Positions 19,734 through 29,360 of a stretch of DNA of 64,000 bases are shown here, piece by piece. The translations under genes and the position numbers were made by a program. Positions within the stretch are counted from its first letter, which is position 1. Every line of letters begins with the position of its first letter. Source of the DNA: Clostridia bacterium (GTDB taxonomy: Bacteria; Bacillota; Clostridia; UBA1212; DUPL01); assembly GCA_050951325.1 (NCBI GenBank), contig JBMNIW010000005.1, forward strand, positions 1 to 64,000, read 5' to 3'. The notes beneath the pieces were generated by a model. That model searched no databases and was not told where the DNA came from. It saw nothing but the letters and a program-made list of their open reading frames with translations.

Positions 19734-20828
19734 ATGAAGAAAACAGTATTGCTTGTTTTGGCTGCAGTGTTGCTTCTCTCGCTTACGGCAGTATCGCAAG
19801 CACAGGAATCCCCTGTTATTACCGTATACAAGGATAAAACCACAAAGATAATAATGGCTGTACAGTATACGGAGTACAAGGACAATAGCGGAGATGTACA
19901 GCTGATAATTGCACATGATGACGATCGGGATCTGTACTTTGACGGTGTACGTGCTGGAGACTCTTTTACTTACAGCATCAATGTCGAGGAAACTGGCAAG
20001 TATGAACTTCGCATTTCTTTTGGATGGCTCGACTCTACAGGAAAATACACCATAGTAGTTGATGGTGAAGAGGTTGGCATACTTGAAAACACCATCGCCA
20101 GTACCGGATGGAGGAATTGGACAAATTCCGATCCAATAAGCATTGAGCTTACGAAAGGTGAGCACACGTTGACCATTGTAAATGGAACACCAGGACCGAA
20201 TCTTAAATACGTTCTTCTAACGCCTGAAGGCAAGGAGGTTGGTGATTTGGGCACGAGTGTTCATTTGTACGATGGTTCTGCATCTGGCACGCCTTGGAAC
20301 TTAAAGGACAACAATTTGTCATCCATAGCAATCCAGTTTAATGCTACTTCATTTATTAAAAGTTTGAAACTTTCCGCACCAAACTAGATGGCTACGCCTG
20401 ATATTGATTATGAGTTGGAGTTCAAATTGTACAAGTGGAATGGTTCTTTTGCCAAGACTGTTTCAGGTACGTCGGTTGCCTCCAGAGTTTTCGAGAAATA
20501 TCCTGATAACACATGGCTGTATATGCCTGTCAATGTAGAAGCTGGGGAGTATGTTCTTGTTGTTACAAATAATGGAACTCCTAACAGTGGATTCTACATC
20601 AAGAACAAGGCGCATGAAAGTCAAAGGGTGTATTTCGATGGAGTTGTCAAGGAAAACATGGCAGCAGAGTTGATTATCGGGTATGCTTCCACACCTGAAA
20701 CAGATTATGGACCTTTGTCCGAGGATACACCTGAAAATCCTGAAACAGGCGATTCCGTTGCAGTGTATTTGCTGGTTGTTGTGGCAACCTTTGGACTTGC
20801 TTTTCTGAAGAAGAGACAGGATGCGTAA
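19734..20828 (+). pseudogene. Cell-wall-anchored CBM6/35-like protein interrupted by an in-frame TAG at 20385-20387
   Basis: ORFs 19734..20387 and 20388..20828 abut in one frame (AAC TAG ATG); signal peptide in the first, NPETGD-TM-KKR sorting signal in the second; STGWRNWT CBM6-like motif. Confidence 0.7.
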
Positions 20829-20833
20829 TGTTT

Positions 20834-20854
20834 AAGGAGCCGTTTTGGCTCCTT
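20834..20854. terminator. Bidirectional terminator
   Basis: AAGGAGCC-GTTTT-GGCTCCTT between convergent genes. Confidence 0.55.
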
Positions 20855-20863
20855 GTTATAGAG

Positions 20864-21784
20864 TTATTTTCTTTTTGCAGTAATTGATACCCAACCCTTG
20901 TCATGTTTGGCTTCGATTGGTGTAAAGCCATTATCTGAAAGAGCATCCAGTACATCCTGTTCTCTTAATTCAATTATCCCGGATGCTATGAATATACCTT
21001 CCGGCTTAAGTTTTGCATAAGCATCGGGTAGAAGTTCAATTATTACATCTGCGACAATGTTGGCAACCACTATGTCAAATGTTTCGTTAATGTCTGTAGC
21101 CAGATTTCCTGTTTTTAATTCAAGATTTTCATTTACTTTGTTAAGGATTGCGTTTTCTTTTGCGGTTTTAATACTTAAAGGATCTATATCAACACCGGTA
21201 ACCTTGCCAGCTCCGAGCAATAGGGCTGCTATTGCAAGAATGCCGCTACCTGTACCTACGTCAAGAATTTTCGAGCCTTTGGTTACATATTTTTCAATCT
21301 GCTCAAGGCACAATTTTGTTGTTTCGTGCTGACCTGAGCCAAAAGCCATACCGGGATCAATAAGGAGAACAACTCTGTCGGTTTTCAGGTTTTCCTGCTC
21401 CCATGTAGGAACAATTATGAGGTTGGTGCCAACTGGTGTGGGTTTGAAAAACTTCTTCCAGTTATTTGCCCAGTCTTCTTCACTTATGTTGTCTACATTC
21501 AACTCATATCCAATTCTTTCGCTTTTCAATCTATCTGTTAAAAATGACAAGGTTTCCGATGGGTTTTCTTCAGGACTTACATATACATGGATTTTTATTG
21601 ATTCCTTGTCTTTTTTGTACAGCTCTTCGTCAACAATCTCAATGGGGCCTGTCAAGGCAAGATCCTCTTCAAAGGTGGAGTAATCTTCTATATACAGACC
21701 TCTGGGGACTGCCATATGTGCAATTGCTTCTGCCTTGTCTTTGTCTTTTGTCTTTACTTCTACTACTATATCCGTCCAGTTCAT
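20864..21784 (-). CDS. prmA: Ribosomal protein L11 methyltransferase
   Basis: EEDWANNWKKFFKP, DPGMAFGSG.HETT, LDVGTGSGIL, VANI; ATG 21784 behind AAGGA. Confidence 0.96.
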   Translation of the reverse strand: MNWTDIVVEVKTKDKDKAEAIAHMAVPRGLYIEDYSTFEEDLALTGPIEIVDEELYKKDKESIKIHVYVSPEENPSETLSFLTDRLKSERIGYELNVDNISEEDWANNWKKFFKPTPVGTNLIIVPTWEQENLKTDRVVLLIDPGMAFGSGQHETTKLCLEQIEKYVTKGSKILDVGTGSGILAIAALLLGAGKVTGVDIDPLSIKTAKENAILNKVNENLELKTGNLATDINETFDIVVANIVADVIIELLPDAYAKLKPEGIFIASGIIELREQDVLDALSDNGFTPIEAKHDKGWVSITAKRK

Positions 21785-21870
21785 GATGTTTTCCTTTCTG
21801 TTTTTATACAACATATATTTTACAATTCTTTATCCAGGTATACAAGCATATATTATTCTGAGGTGAAAAC

Positions 21871-23847
21871 ATGAAGAGAATATGTGCAGCTCTTGTGGGC
21901 AACCCGAATTCGGGAAAGACAACATTGTTCAACAATCTAACAGGCAGCAGGCATTATGTGGGTAACAGGCCTGGTGTTACAGTGGAAAAGAAGGAGGGTC
22001 TTGTCAAGGCAGCTGGAAAATATGGATATGAAGTTACTCTGGTTGACTTGCCTGGAATATATTCATTGTCCCCATACTCTCCAGAAGAGGTTGTTACAAG
22101 AGAATACATACTGTTTGACAAACCTGATGTGGTTATAAATATTGTGGATGCTACCAATATGGAAAGAAACCTGTATTTAAGCATGCAGCTTATTGAAATG
22201 GAAGTTCCCATGGTGGTTGCTCTTAATATGATGGACGAGTCAAGAAAAAGAGGAGATGTTATTGACGTATCAGGATTATCTAGAGCGTTGAATGTGAGAT
22301 TTGTACCTATTTCGGCAAAGACAGGTGAAGGTATCGATGATTTATTGAAAGCGGTGTTTGATACTGTGAAGTTCCATAGGGCGGTCATGCCGGAAGGCGT
22401 GTACAAAGCTTCGGTTAAAGATTTGATTTGGAAGGTTGAGCGTCTTGTCTGGAAACAAGCTATCGTTAAAAATGTTTCATCAAAATGGGCATCAATAAAG
22501 TTGCTTGAAGGGGATGGGTTGGTAAGAGAGACTCTTGACTTGTCTGAGGAAACAATAAGGCGGATTGACAGGATTTCTCAAGTATACGATATGGAATCTA
22601 TTATCGCAGGATGTAGATACGGATTTATTGAGAAGGTTGTAAGTGGGGCGGTTGTCAGGAAGGATAATGGTCAAGCTACAAGCGGGAAAATAGATAGGAT
22701 TGTTGCAAACAAGTATCTTGCAATACCTATTTTTCTGCTTGTTATGTTTTGTGTTTTTTTTCTTACATTTGGACAGGTTGGCATATTCATGCAGGATTGT
22801 GTAAATGTATTTATTAAGTATTTGGGGATTGTGACGGAGACGGGTTTGAAGAAACTCGGCGTACAGGAACTGATTATTGATTTGATTATTAATGGAGTAT
22901 TGGCTGGTGTTGGAGGGGTATTGTCTTTTCTACCCCAGATAGCCATACTGTTTTTCCTTATATCAATAATTGAGGATACGGGGTACATGGCAAGAATTGC
23001 TTTTATTATGGATAAACTTCTTGGAAAGATTGGTTTATCCGGCAAAGCATTTATTCCCATGCTTATGGGATTTGGTTGTACGGTTTCTGCGTGTCTTGCA
23101 ACTAGAACAATTGAAGATAGAAAAGGCAGACAGATGACCATAATGCTTTTACCTTTTATGTCTTGTTCGGCAAAACTGCCGATATATGGGTTTTTGGCAC
23201 AGCGTTTCTTCAAGGAAAGCAGGGTATGGGTGATTTTCAGCTTGTATGTATTGGGAATATTGCTCATGATCATATCCGGAGTTATGTTTAAAAACACATT
23301 GTTTAAAGGTAGCGATACTCCATTTGTGATGGAGCTGCCGCCTTACAGGGTACCGATATTAAAGAATGCATTAAGGCATGTCTGGGAGAGAGTCGAACAT
23401 TTTTTAAAGAAGGCTGCCACATTAATATTTGTCATGAGTATTGCGGTATGGTTTCTGCAAAGCTTCAACTTTAAACTGCAGTATGTTGAAAGCAGCGAGT
23501 CGATTATCAGCGTTGCAGGAAAAGCCATATCCGTTATTTTCAAACCTCTTGGTTTTGGATCATGGCAGGCGTCCGTTGCGCTGCTTTCCGGTCTGGCGGC
23601 AAAAGAAGCTGTAGTTTCCACTTTAAACATGCTGTATGGTGGAGTGCATGTATTCAAAACTCCTCTTGAAGCGTATTCCTTTCTGGTCTTCACACTATTG
23701 TATGTGCCTTGCATGGCTGCCTTTTCTACAATGAAAAAAGAGCTAGGGGATAACAAATTGGCGCTTTTAAGTGCAATGTGGCAGACTTTTATTGCTTATG
23801 TAGTTTCTTTCCTTGTGTATTCAGTCGGAAAACTTGTTTTGACATAG
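21871..23847 (+). CDS. feoB: Ferrous iron transporter FeoB (no adjacent feoA)
   Basis: GNPNSGKT, DLPG.YSL, N..D, GFGC, MELPPYR, PC gate motifs. Confidence 0.93.
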   Translation: MKRICAALVGNPNSGKTTLFNNLTGSRHYVGNRPGVTVEKKEGLVKAAGKYGYEVTLVDLPGIYSLSPYSPEEVVTREYILFDKPDVVINIVDATNMERNLYLSMQLIEMEVPMVVALNMMDESRKRGDVIDVSGLSRALNVRFVPISAKTGEGIDDLLKAVFDTVKFHRAVMPEGVYKASVKDLIWKVERLVWKQAIVKNVSSKWASIKLLEGDGLVRETLDLSEETIRRIDRISQVYDMESIIAGCRYGFIEKVVSGAVVRKDNGQATSGKIDRIVANKYLAIPIFLLVMFCVFFLTFGQVGIFMQDCVNVFIKYLGIVTETGLKKLGVQELIIDLIINGVLAGVGGVLSFLPQIAILFFLISIIEDTGYMARIAFIMDKLLGKIGLSGKAFIPMLMGFGCTVSACLATRTIEDRKGRQMTIMLLPFMSCSAKLPIYGFLAQRFFKESRVWVIFSLYVLGILLMIISGVMFKNTLFKGSDTPFVMELPPYRVPILKNALRHVWERVEHFLKKAATLIFVMSIAVWFLQSFNFKLQYVESSESIISVAGKAISVIFKPLGFGSWQASVALLSGLAAKEAVVSTLNMLYGGVHVFKTPLEAYSFLVFTLLYVPCMAAFSTMKKELGDNKLALLSAMWQTFIAYVVSFLVYSVGKLVLT

Positions 23848-23901
23848 CAACCTCCTGGTGATAAAATTAGTAAAAAGGCAGAGAAAGCGGGGGAGGATAA
23901 C

Positions 23902-25255
23902 ATGCAAAGCAAAAGGGCTGTATTAGTTGCACTAGGTGTATTTGTTGCCGTAATTGTTTTGGCAATTGTTCTTGTTGTCAGCATTCTTTCAGCTAGGAAA
24001 AGTCCCAATATTCCCTTTAATATAACAGTGACGTTTGGTATGGATGTTTACACCCAAAAGAACTTTTGCTGGTATACCTCAGAGGAAGTTGAAATAGGAT
24101 ACATATTCTACATGGAAGACACGGGCGACGTTTTTGATATGGATAAATGTACGAAAATTGAAGCCCAGTCTGAGAAGGTGGTGCAGAAATATCCAGTGGA
24201 CACTATAGTTGAAGAAAAGACTACCGAATTGGAAGACAGAACTTATATGCGCCATAGGGTGTTTGTTTCCGGATTAAAGCCTGGTACGAGATATCTGTAC
24301 AGGTTGGGGGAAGGAGACAATCTAAGCGATGTTTATACCTTCAAGACACCTGAACAGGGCAAGGATTTTTCATTCATAATTGTTGCGGATTCGCAAGGAT
24401 ACAAGAGAAGCGATTTCGAGCATTACAAAAGGGTGCTTGATAAAGCTAACGATATGTTTGGAGATGTGGATTTCTACATACATCTTGGGGATTTTGTTGA
24501 TGATGGAAAGAATTTTCTCCAGTGGAAATACGTTTTGGATGTGCCAAGGGACGTAATGGCAAACAATACATTTCGTTCCCGTGGCCGGAAACCGGGACGA
24601 CATGGAGGTTTTTGAGTATTTTACCCTTGGCAGCGTATACGATACAAGACCCATGGCCAACGGCTATTATTCTTTTACCATTTAATGATGTTCATTTCGT
24701 TGTTCTGTATACACGGCAGGAAACAAGAGATCTGCCGAAAAAGCAGAGGAGCTTTCTTGAAGACGAGCTTAGTAAAGCACAAGGATTCCAGAGTGGTTGT
24801 ACTGACCCACAAAGCTCCTTATACGAATGCGAATCACGCGGATGACAAGGAGATAGTTGCGCTGAGGGAGGAGCTTCTTGCCCGTGTTTGACAAGTATAA
24901 TGTGGATCTTGTGCTGCAGGGTCATGATCATTTCTTTTTCAGATCAGAACCCATTTATGATGGGAAGGTTGGGAGTTATACATATACAAATGTCAAGGAT
25001 GGAGATGACGATGTTGACATGATGAGTGATGTAAAAGGTACTATATATTTGATAAACAGCAGTTCCGGTGTCAGTCAATATGACGGAGCTTTCCGAAATA
25101 TGGATGATATTCATGCTTTCAAGTCATTCAACATGAATAATCCAACCTTCACTTATTGTGCTGTAACTGAAAATGGTATAATATTAAAAACGTATGAAGT
25201 TAATGTAATGCGACATAAGGTCCAAATTATTGACTCTTTCGGCATTCGTTCATAA
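23902..25255 (+). pseudogene. Membrane-anchored FN3 plus metallophosphoesterase (purple-acid-phosphatase-like), broken by four +1 frameshifts
   Basis: ADSQ, HLGDFVD, GNRD, HKAPY and QGHDH fall in successive frames; removing one base near 24572, 24679, 24776 and 24879 gives one 449-aa ORF. Confidence 0.8.
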
Positions 25256-25358
25256 AAAGTTTATAATTTAACACTTTATATTTGTTATATCAAATAGTAT
25301 AATCAATAGCGTTAATGTATTAAGAAACGTGTTAGCGTTATATATCGAGGTGATAAAA

Positions 25359-26126
25359 CTGTTTATTGAGAACTTTAGCAGACATGAGTACAAGTTTCCT
25401 ATGACATATGACGACATGGATAGGTTGCTTGACGATTTGCTTCCGTACATAGAACAGGATGAACATGCAGATGAAAATGGATACTATACAATCAGCAGCA
25501 TCTATTTGGACAACGATACATGGCAGTGTTTCTACGAGACTATCAACAAAGACAGATACAGACAAAAAGTTCGACTGCGCGTATATGGCGAAGTGAACAA
25601 CGACAGTGTCTCTTTTTTTGAGATTAAATCAAAATTTAAAGGTCTTGTTTTAAAGCGACGCGTCAAAATGCGTCTTGGCGATGCCATGAGATTTATGGAA
25701 GCATGTGTAAATGGAGAAGATCCGAACGTTGATGAGTATGAGTGTTCAAACAGGCAGATTCTTAAAGAATTGAAACAAGTTATTGTTTCCAAGAACCTTA
25801 AACCTGTTGTTGTTGTGAGTTATGAAAGACTGGCCTTGTTCTACAAGGAGGATCCACGTCTTAGAATCACATTTGATGTAAATATCAGAACAAGAGATTA
25901 TGATATTGATCTGACAAAAGGTTCCCACGGAGATTATGTGACAGCGGATAATGTTGCAATTCTAGAGGTAAAGTCCGACAGAAACGTTCCTTTCTGGCTT
26001 GTAAGGATTCTTTCGAAGTACGGTTATCGAAATCAGACTTTTTCAAAGTATTGCTCGCATTTCATAAAGTACAGTGAAGAAGAACAAATTGAAGAATACG
26101 ATGAGCTGGACAATGATGCGGTTTAA
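25359..26126 (+). CDS. VTC / polyphosphate polymerase domain (CYTH/TTM fold) protein
   Basis: RHEYKF, SIYLDN, RQKVRLRVY, FFEIK.K...KRR, Y.R.A, RITFD, ILEVK, FSKY; start placed at CTG 25359 behind GAGGTG. Confidence 0.9.
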   Translation: MFIENFSRHEYKFPMTYDDMDRLLDDLLPYIEQDEHADENGYYTISSIYLDNDTWQCFYETINKDRYRQKVRLRVYGEVNNDSVSFFEIKSKFKGLVLKRRVKMRLGDAMRFMEACVNGEDPNVDEYECSNRQILKELKQVIVSKNLKPVVVVSYERLALFYKEDPRLRITFDVNIRTRDYDIDLTKGSHGDYVTADNVAILEVKSDRNVPFWLVRILSKYGYRNQTFSKYCSHFIKYSEEEQIEEYDELDNDAV

Positions 26127-26193
26127 TGAGGTTGGTCATAATTTTGTTTTTTAATAAATAAAAAATATTCAAAAATAGATAGGAGACAAAGAA

Positions 26194-26898
26194 ATGACAG
26201 AAAGCAATTTTTCTCGACAAATAATGGATTTTTTTGAAGGTTTATTGCAGATTAATGGTATTGAAAATGTGCTGAGAGCAGCTATGACTGTTTTGGTGGC
26301 AAGTGTATTTGGGTTACTTATCTACTTTACCTACAAGCTTACATGCAGACCTTTCGATTACCAGAGAGAGTTTGGTCTTGTATTGATAGTTGTTCCCATA
26401 GTTGTGTCCATACTACTTACTGTAATCGGAACCAACATAGCTCGTGCTTTTAGCCTTGCAGGTGCGTTATCAATTATCAGATACAGAAGTACTCTGGTCA
26501 AGCCAAAAGAAATAGTATTTATATTCTTTGGCATGGGCACAGGTTTCATAACAGGTTGTTTCTTGTATCTGCCCGCATTGGTATTCGTGCTTATTACTTG
26601 CGTTGTTATCATCGTATACACTGCATTTACTCTTGAAAGAGGCAGAAACGTTGCAAAAACCCTTACAATTGCCGTGCCTGAGAATATCAATTACGATGGG
26701 TTGTTTGATGAAATACTCGAGAAGTTCACAAGTTCTTATGCACTTAACAGCATTCGCATAATCAGCGGCGGAGCTGTCACTGAACTGCAATACCATATCA
26801 AGATAAAAGACATTTCGATGACAAAAGAGCTTCTTGATGAAGTGAGGGTATTGAATCAGAACTTCAAGATTCAGTTGTCACAGTTTGCAACTCAATAA
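26194..26898 (+). CDS. DUF4956 domain membrane protein
   Basis: NIARAFSLAGALSIIRYR, TI.VPE.INY.GLFD; adjacent to a VTC gene. Confidence 0.88.
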   Translation: MTESNFSRQIMDFFEGLLQINGIENVLRAAMTVLVASVFGLLIYFTYKLTCRPFDYQREFGLVLIVVPIVVSILLTVIGTNIARAFSLAGALSIIRYRSTLVKPKEIVFIFFGMGTGFITGCFLYLPALVFVLITCVVIIVYTAFTLERGRNVAKTLTIAVPENINYDGLFDEILEKFTSSYALNSIRIISGGAVTELQYHIKIKDISMTKELLDEVRVLNQNFKIQLSQFATQ

Positions 26899-26916
26899 TA
26901 TATCTTATGAATATAT

Positions 26917-26947
26917 TTAATGGACGGGTATTGCACTCGTCCATTAA
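26917..26947. terminator. Bidirectional terminator
   Basis: TTAATGGACGGGT-N5-ACTCGTCCATTAA. Confidence 0.6.
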
Positions 26948-27888
26948 TTGTATTTCGGGGCATATTTTGCTGCTACAAGAATTGCCTCAACCATACTTCT
27001 TTCATTAGCTATGCCTTTCCAGGCTATGTCCATGGCGGTGCCATGATCTACTGATGTCCTGAGGAAGGGGAGTCCTATTGTCAGGGAAATGGTACCCTCA
27101 AAGTCCATTGTTTTCGAGGCAATGTGTCCCTGATCGTGGTACATGGATAGAACGGAGTTGTATCTTCCGATATGGGCAAGATGAAAAACAGAGTCTGCAC
27201 TTATTGGACCGACTACATCTATGCCATCGGTTTTGGCCATGTTTACAGCAGGAATTATCTCTTCTATTTCTTCTCTTCCAAACATTCCTCCTTCACCACT
27301 GTGGGGATTTAAGGCTGCCACTGCCATTGTACCCTTGTCAACTCCCAGTTTTTTAAGTGCATTGTCACATCTTGAAATATATTGATAGATGCGTTCCTTT
27401 TTTACAAGATTGCATGCTTCAATCAACGACACATGTCTTGACAGGAAGAATATCCTTAGGGAGTCTGTTTCAAACATTGTAAGAGGGTCGTCCGTGTTCG
27501 TAAGTCCTGCCAATATCTCCGTGTGACCGATATATGGGATGTTTGCCTCTTTAAGGTGTTCCTTGTTTATTGGAGCGGTTGCAATTGCATCTGTTCTTTT
27601 GTCCATGCATAGCGAAACCGCCTTGTTAATATATTCAAAAGCCGCTTTTCCAGCTGCTTTCTGTGTTATGTTTTCTTCTGTGTATACGTCTACAATTGAT
27701 TCTTCCACTTTTTCGTATGTTTCAACAAGGTTTTGCAGTTCAGCCGCTTTTTTGAGTATACTGCGGCTTCCTACAATTATCGGTTTACATACTTCGAATA
27801 CTTCAATGTGAGCCATTGATTTGATTACAATTTCCGGTCCGATTCCCAGCGGATCGCCCATTGTTATTGCTACGGCAGGCTTTGCCAA
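26944..27888 (-). CDS. pdxA: PdxA-family dehydrogenase (4-hydroxythreonine-4-P or D-threonate-4-P; PdxA2-like)
   Basis: ITMGDP.GIGPE, GHTE, LNPHSGE.G.FGREE, MYHDQG, RTSVDHGTA. Confidence 0.9.
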   Translation of the reverse strand: MAKPAVAITMGDPLGIGPEIVIKSMAHIEVFEVCKPIIVGSRSILKKAAELQNLVETYEKVEESIVDVYTEENITQKAAGKAAFEYINKAVSLCMDKRTDAIATAPINKEHLKEANIPYIGHTEILAGLTNTDDPLTMFETDSLRIFFLSRHVSLIEACNLVKKERIYQYISRCDNALKKLGVDKGTMAVAALNPHSGEGGMFGREEIEEIIPAVNMAKTDGIDVVGPISADSVFHLAHIGRYNSVLSMYHDQGHIASKTMDFEGTISLTIGLPFLRTSVDHGTAMDIAWKGIANERSMVEAILVAAKYAPKYN

Positions 27889-28047
27889 TTAAATCATCCT
27901 TTCATATTTCGTTTGATTTATTTTAGCATATTTCAGTTGCCAGTGTCAGACAGATATTATATGAACTATGTTTTAACAATCTGATAATTATACCATAATC
28001 AGTTGAATTAAGAAAAAGTGAATGCTAAAATATTAGTAGGATAAACT

Positions 28048-29202
28048 ATGAAGAGAGGAAAACAAATGAATAGCAATAGAGCTGACAATCAAAATGTTAA
28101 TCCTAATGAAAAAGTCAATAGCACTGTACCACCAAGACCTCCTGCTTTACCAAAGTCTTATGTAAACAGGGCTCAGGGAACTCCCAAACCTCCTGTATTA
28201 AAGAGCAATGTTTCCAAGCAGACGGGTGAAAGTATAAAACAGGAAGCTCCTTTACGTGAAAAAGTTGAAACCACGGTTACTAATCAGCATGAATCGGATG
28301 TTGTGATTTCAAAAGCAGACGAAGCTTCTTCTGTACATAAGACAAGTACAAGCAAGAAATCATACCATGGAACGCATGGTAAACATGGATACAAGAATGA
28401 GGCCTTCAAAGCTTTGGGAGTAGTACTGGCGGTTATAGTTGTAATTATAGGTGGCATAGGTTTGATTTTTCTTGCTTCACAAAGAAGCGATGCGGCAACA
28501 GTAAAGACAATTAATAACCCCAATGCGAACATATCGGATTTGGATTCGTTTAAGAAATACAAGAATCTGGAGCATTTGCATCTGTATAACAGTGGAATAC
28601 AGGACATAAATGGAATAAAAGATCTTACTAAACTGAAGGTACTAAGACTGACACAGAATGAGATTAAGGATATAAGTGTGCTAAAAAATCTTAAGAATCT
28701 CGAAGAGTTGTATCTTGGTGACAACCAGATATCGGACATTAGTGCTTTGGAAGGGTTGACCAAGCTGAAAGTTCTACATCTTGGCAAGAATAAAATAAAA
28801 GATGTGACTCCTTTGAAGAATCTGGTTAATCTGGAGGAACTGGAACTCGGATACAATGAAATTGAAGATATCTCTCCTTTGGCTAATTTGACCAAGTTGA
28901 GAATTCTTAAGCTGAATAACAACAAGATTGAAAATATTGAGGCTTTGAGCAACATGACTGAGATGAGATTCCTGTTGCTTAGAGAAAATGGTGACATTAA
29001 GGATTTGACTCCGTTGAAGGGATTACATAAAGTGGAATGGTGCTCCTTCAATCCACCAAGTCTTGAGATTGAGACCGTAATAATGTTAAAGGAAGCAAAT
29101 CCTGATGCAATCTACTATTTCTACTACAAGGGCGATTATATTAAAGCTCATGAGGATTTCATATATGATCCAGGACCACCACCAGATCCTGGTGAAGGGT
29201 AA
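28048..29202 (+). CDS. Membrane-anchored internalin-type leucine-rich repeat protein
   Basis: Low-complexity N-terminus, one TM, about seven 22-aa LxxLxLxxNxIxDIxxL repeats. Confidence 0.85.
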   Translation: MKRGKQMNSNRADNQNVNPNEKVNSTVPPRPPALPKSYVNRAQGTPKPPVLKSNVSKQTGESIKQEAPLREKVETTVTNQHESDVVISKADEASSVHKTSTSKKSYHGTHGKHGYKNEAFKALGVVLAVIVVIIGGIGLIFLASQRSDAATVKTINNPNANISDLDSFKKYKNLEHLHLYNSGIQDINGIKDLTKLKVLRLTQNEIKDISVLKNLKNLEELYLGDNQISDISALEGLTKLKVLHLGKNKIKDVTPLKNLVNLEELELGYNEIEDISPLANLTKLRILKLNNNKIENIEALSNMTEMRFLLLRENGDIKDLTPLKGLHKVEWCSFNPPSLEIETVIMLKEANPDAIYYFYYKGDYIKAHEDFIYDPGPPPDPGEG

Positions 29203-29241
29203 GACATGGAGCGAATTTTATAAAAAGTTTAGTAAATGTAT

Positions 29242-29270
29242 ACGGGTAGTTTAGATAACTGCCCGTTTTT
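29242..29270 (+). terminator. Rho-independent terminator
   Basis: ACGGGTAGTT-N5-AACTGCCCGT then TTTT. Confidence 0.65.
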
Positions 29271-29360
29271 CCATTGATACTATCTCTAATTTATGCTATA
29301 ATTTTTTGTGTTTTAATCATAATATTAGTGTTCAAATAATACATAGGAGATTTGTTTATC

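Noticed and set aside
20385-20387. Genome-wide TAG recoding
   Set aside because: TAG ends several full-length conserved genes here (scfB, feoB, spoVFB, rny).
26944-27888. pdxA as evidence of a DXP-dependent vitamin B6 pathway or a tetronate catabolic cluster
   Set aside because: No pdxJ or four-carbon acid sugar kinase is adjacent; the pathway cannot be assigned from this window.
28284-29051. 255-aa minus-strand ORF with periodic sequence
   Set aside because: Mirror of the LRR codon periodicity on the opposite strand.
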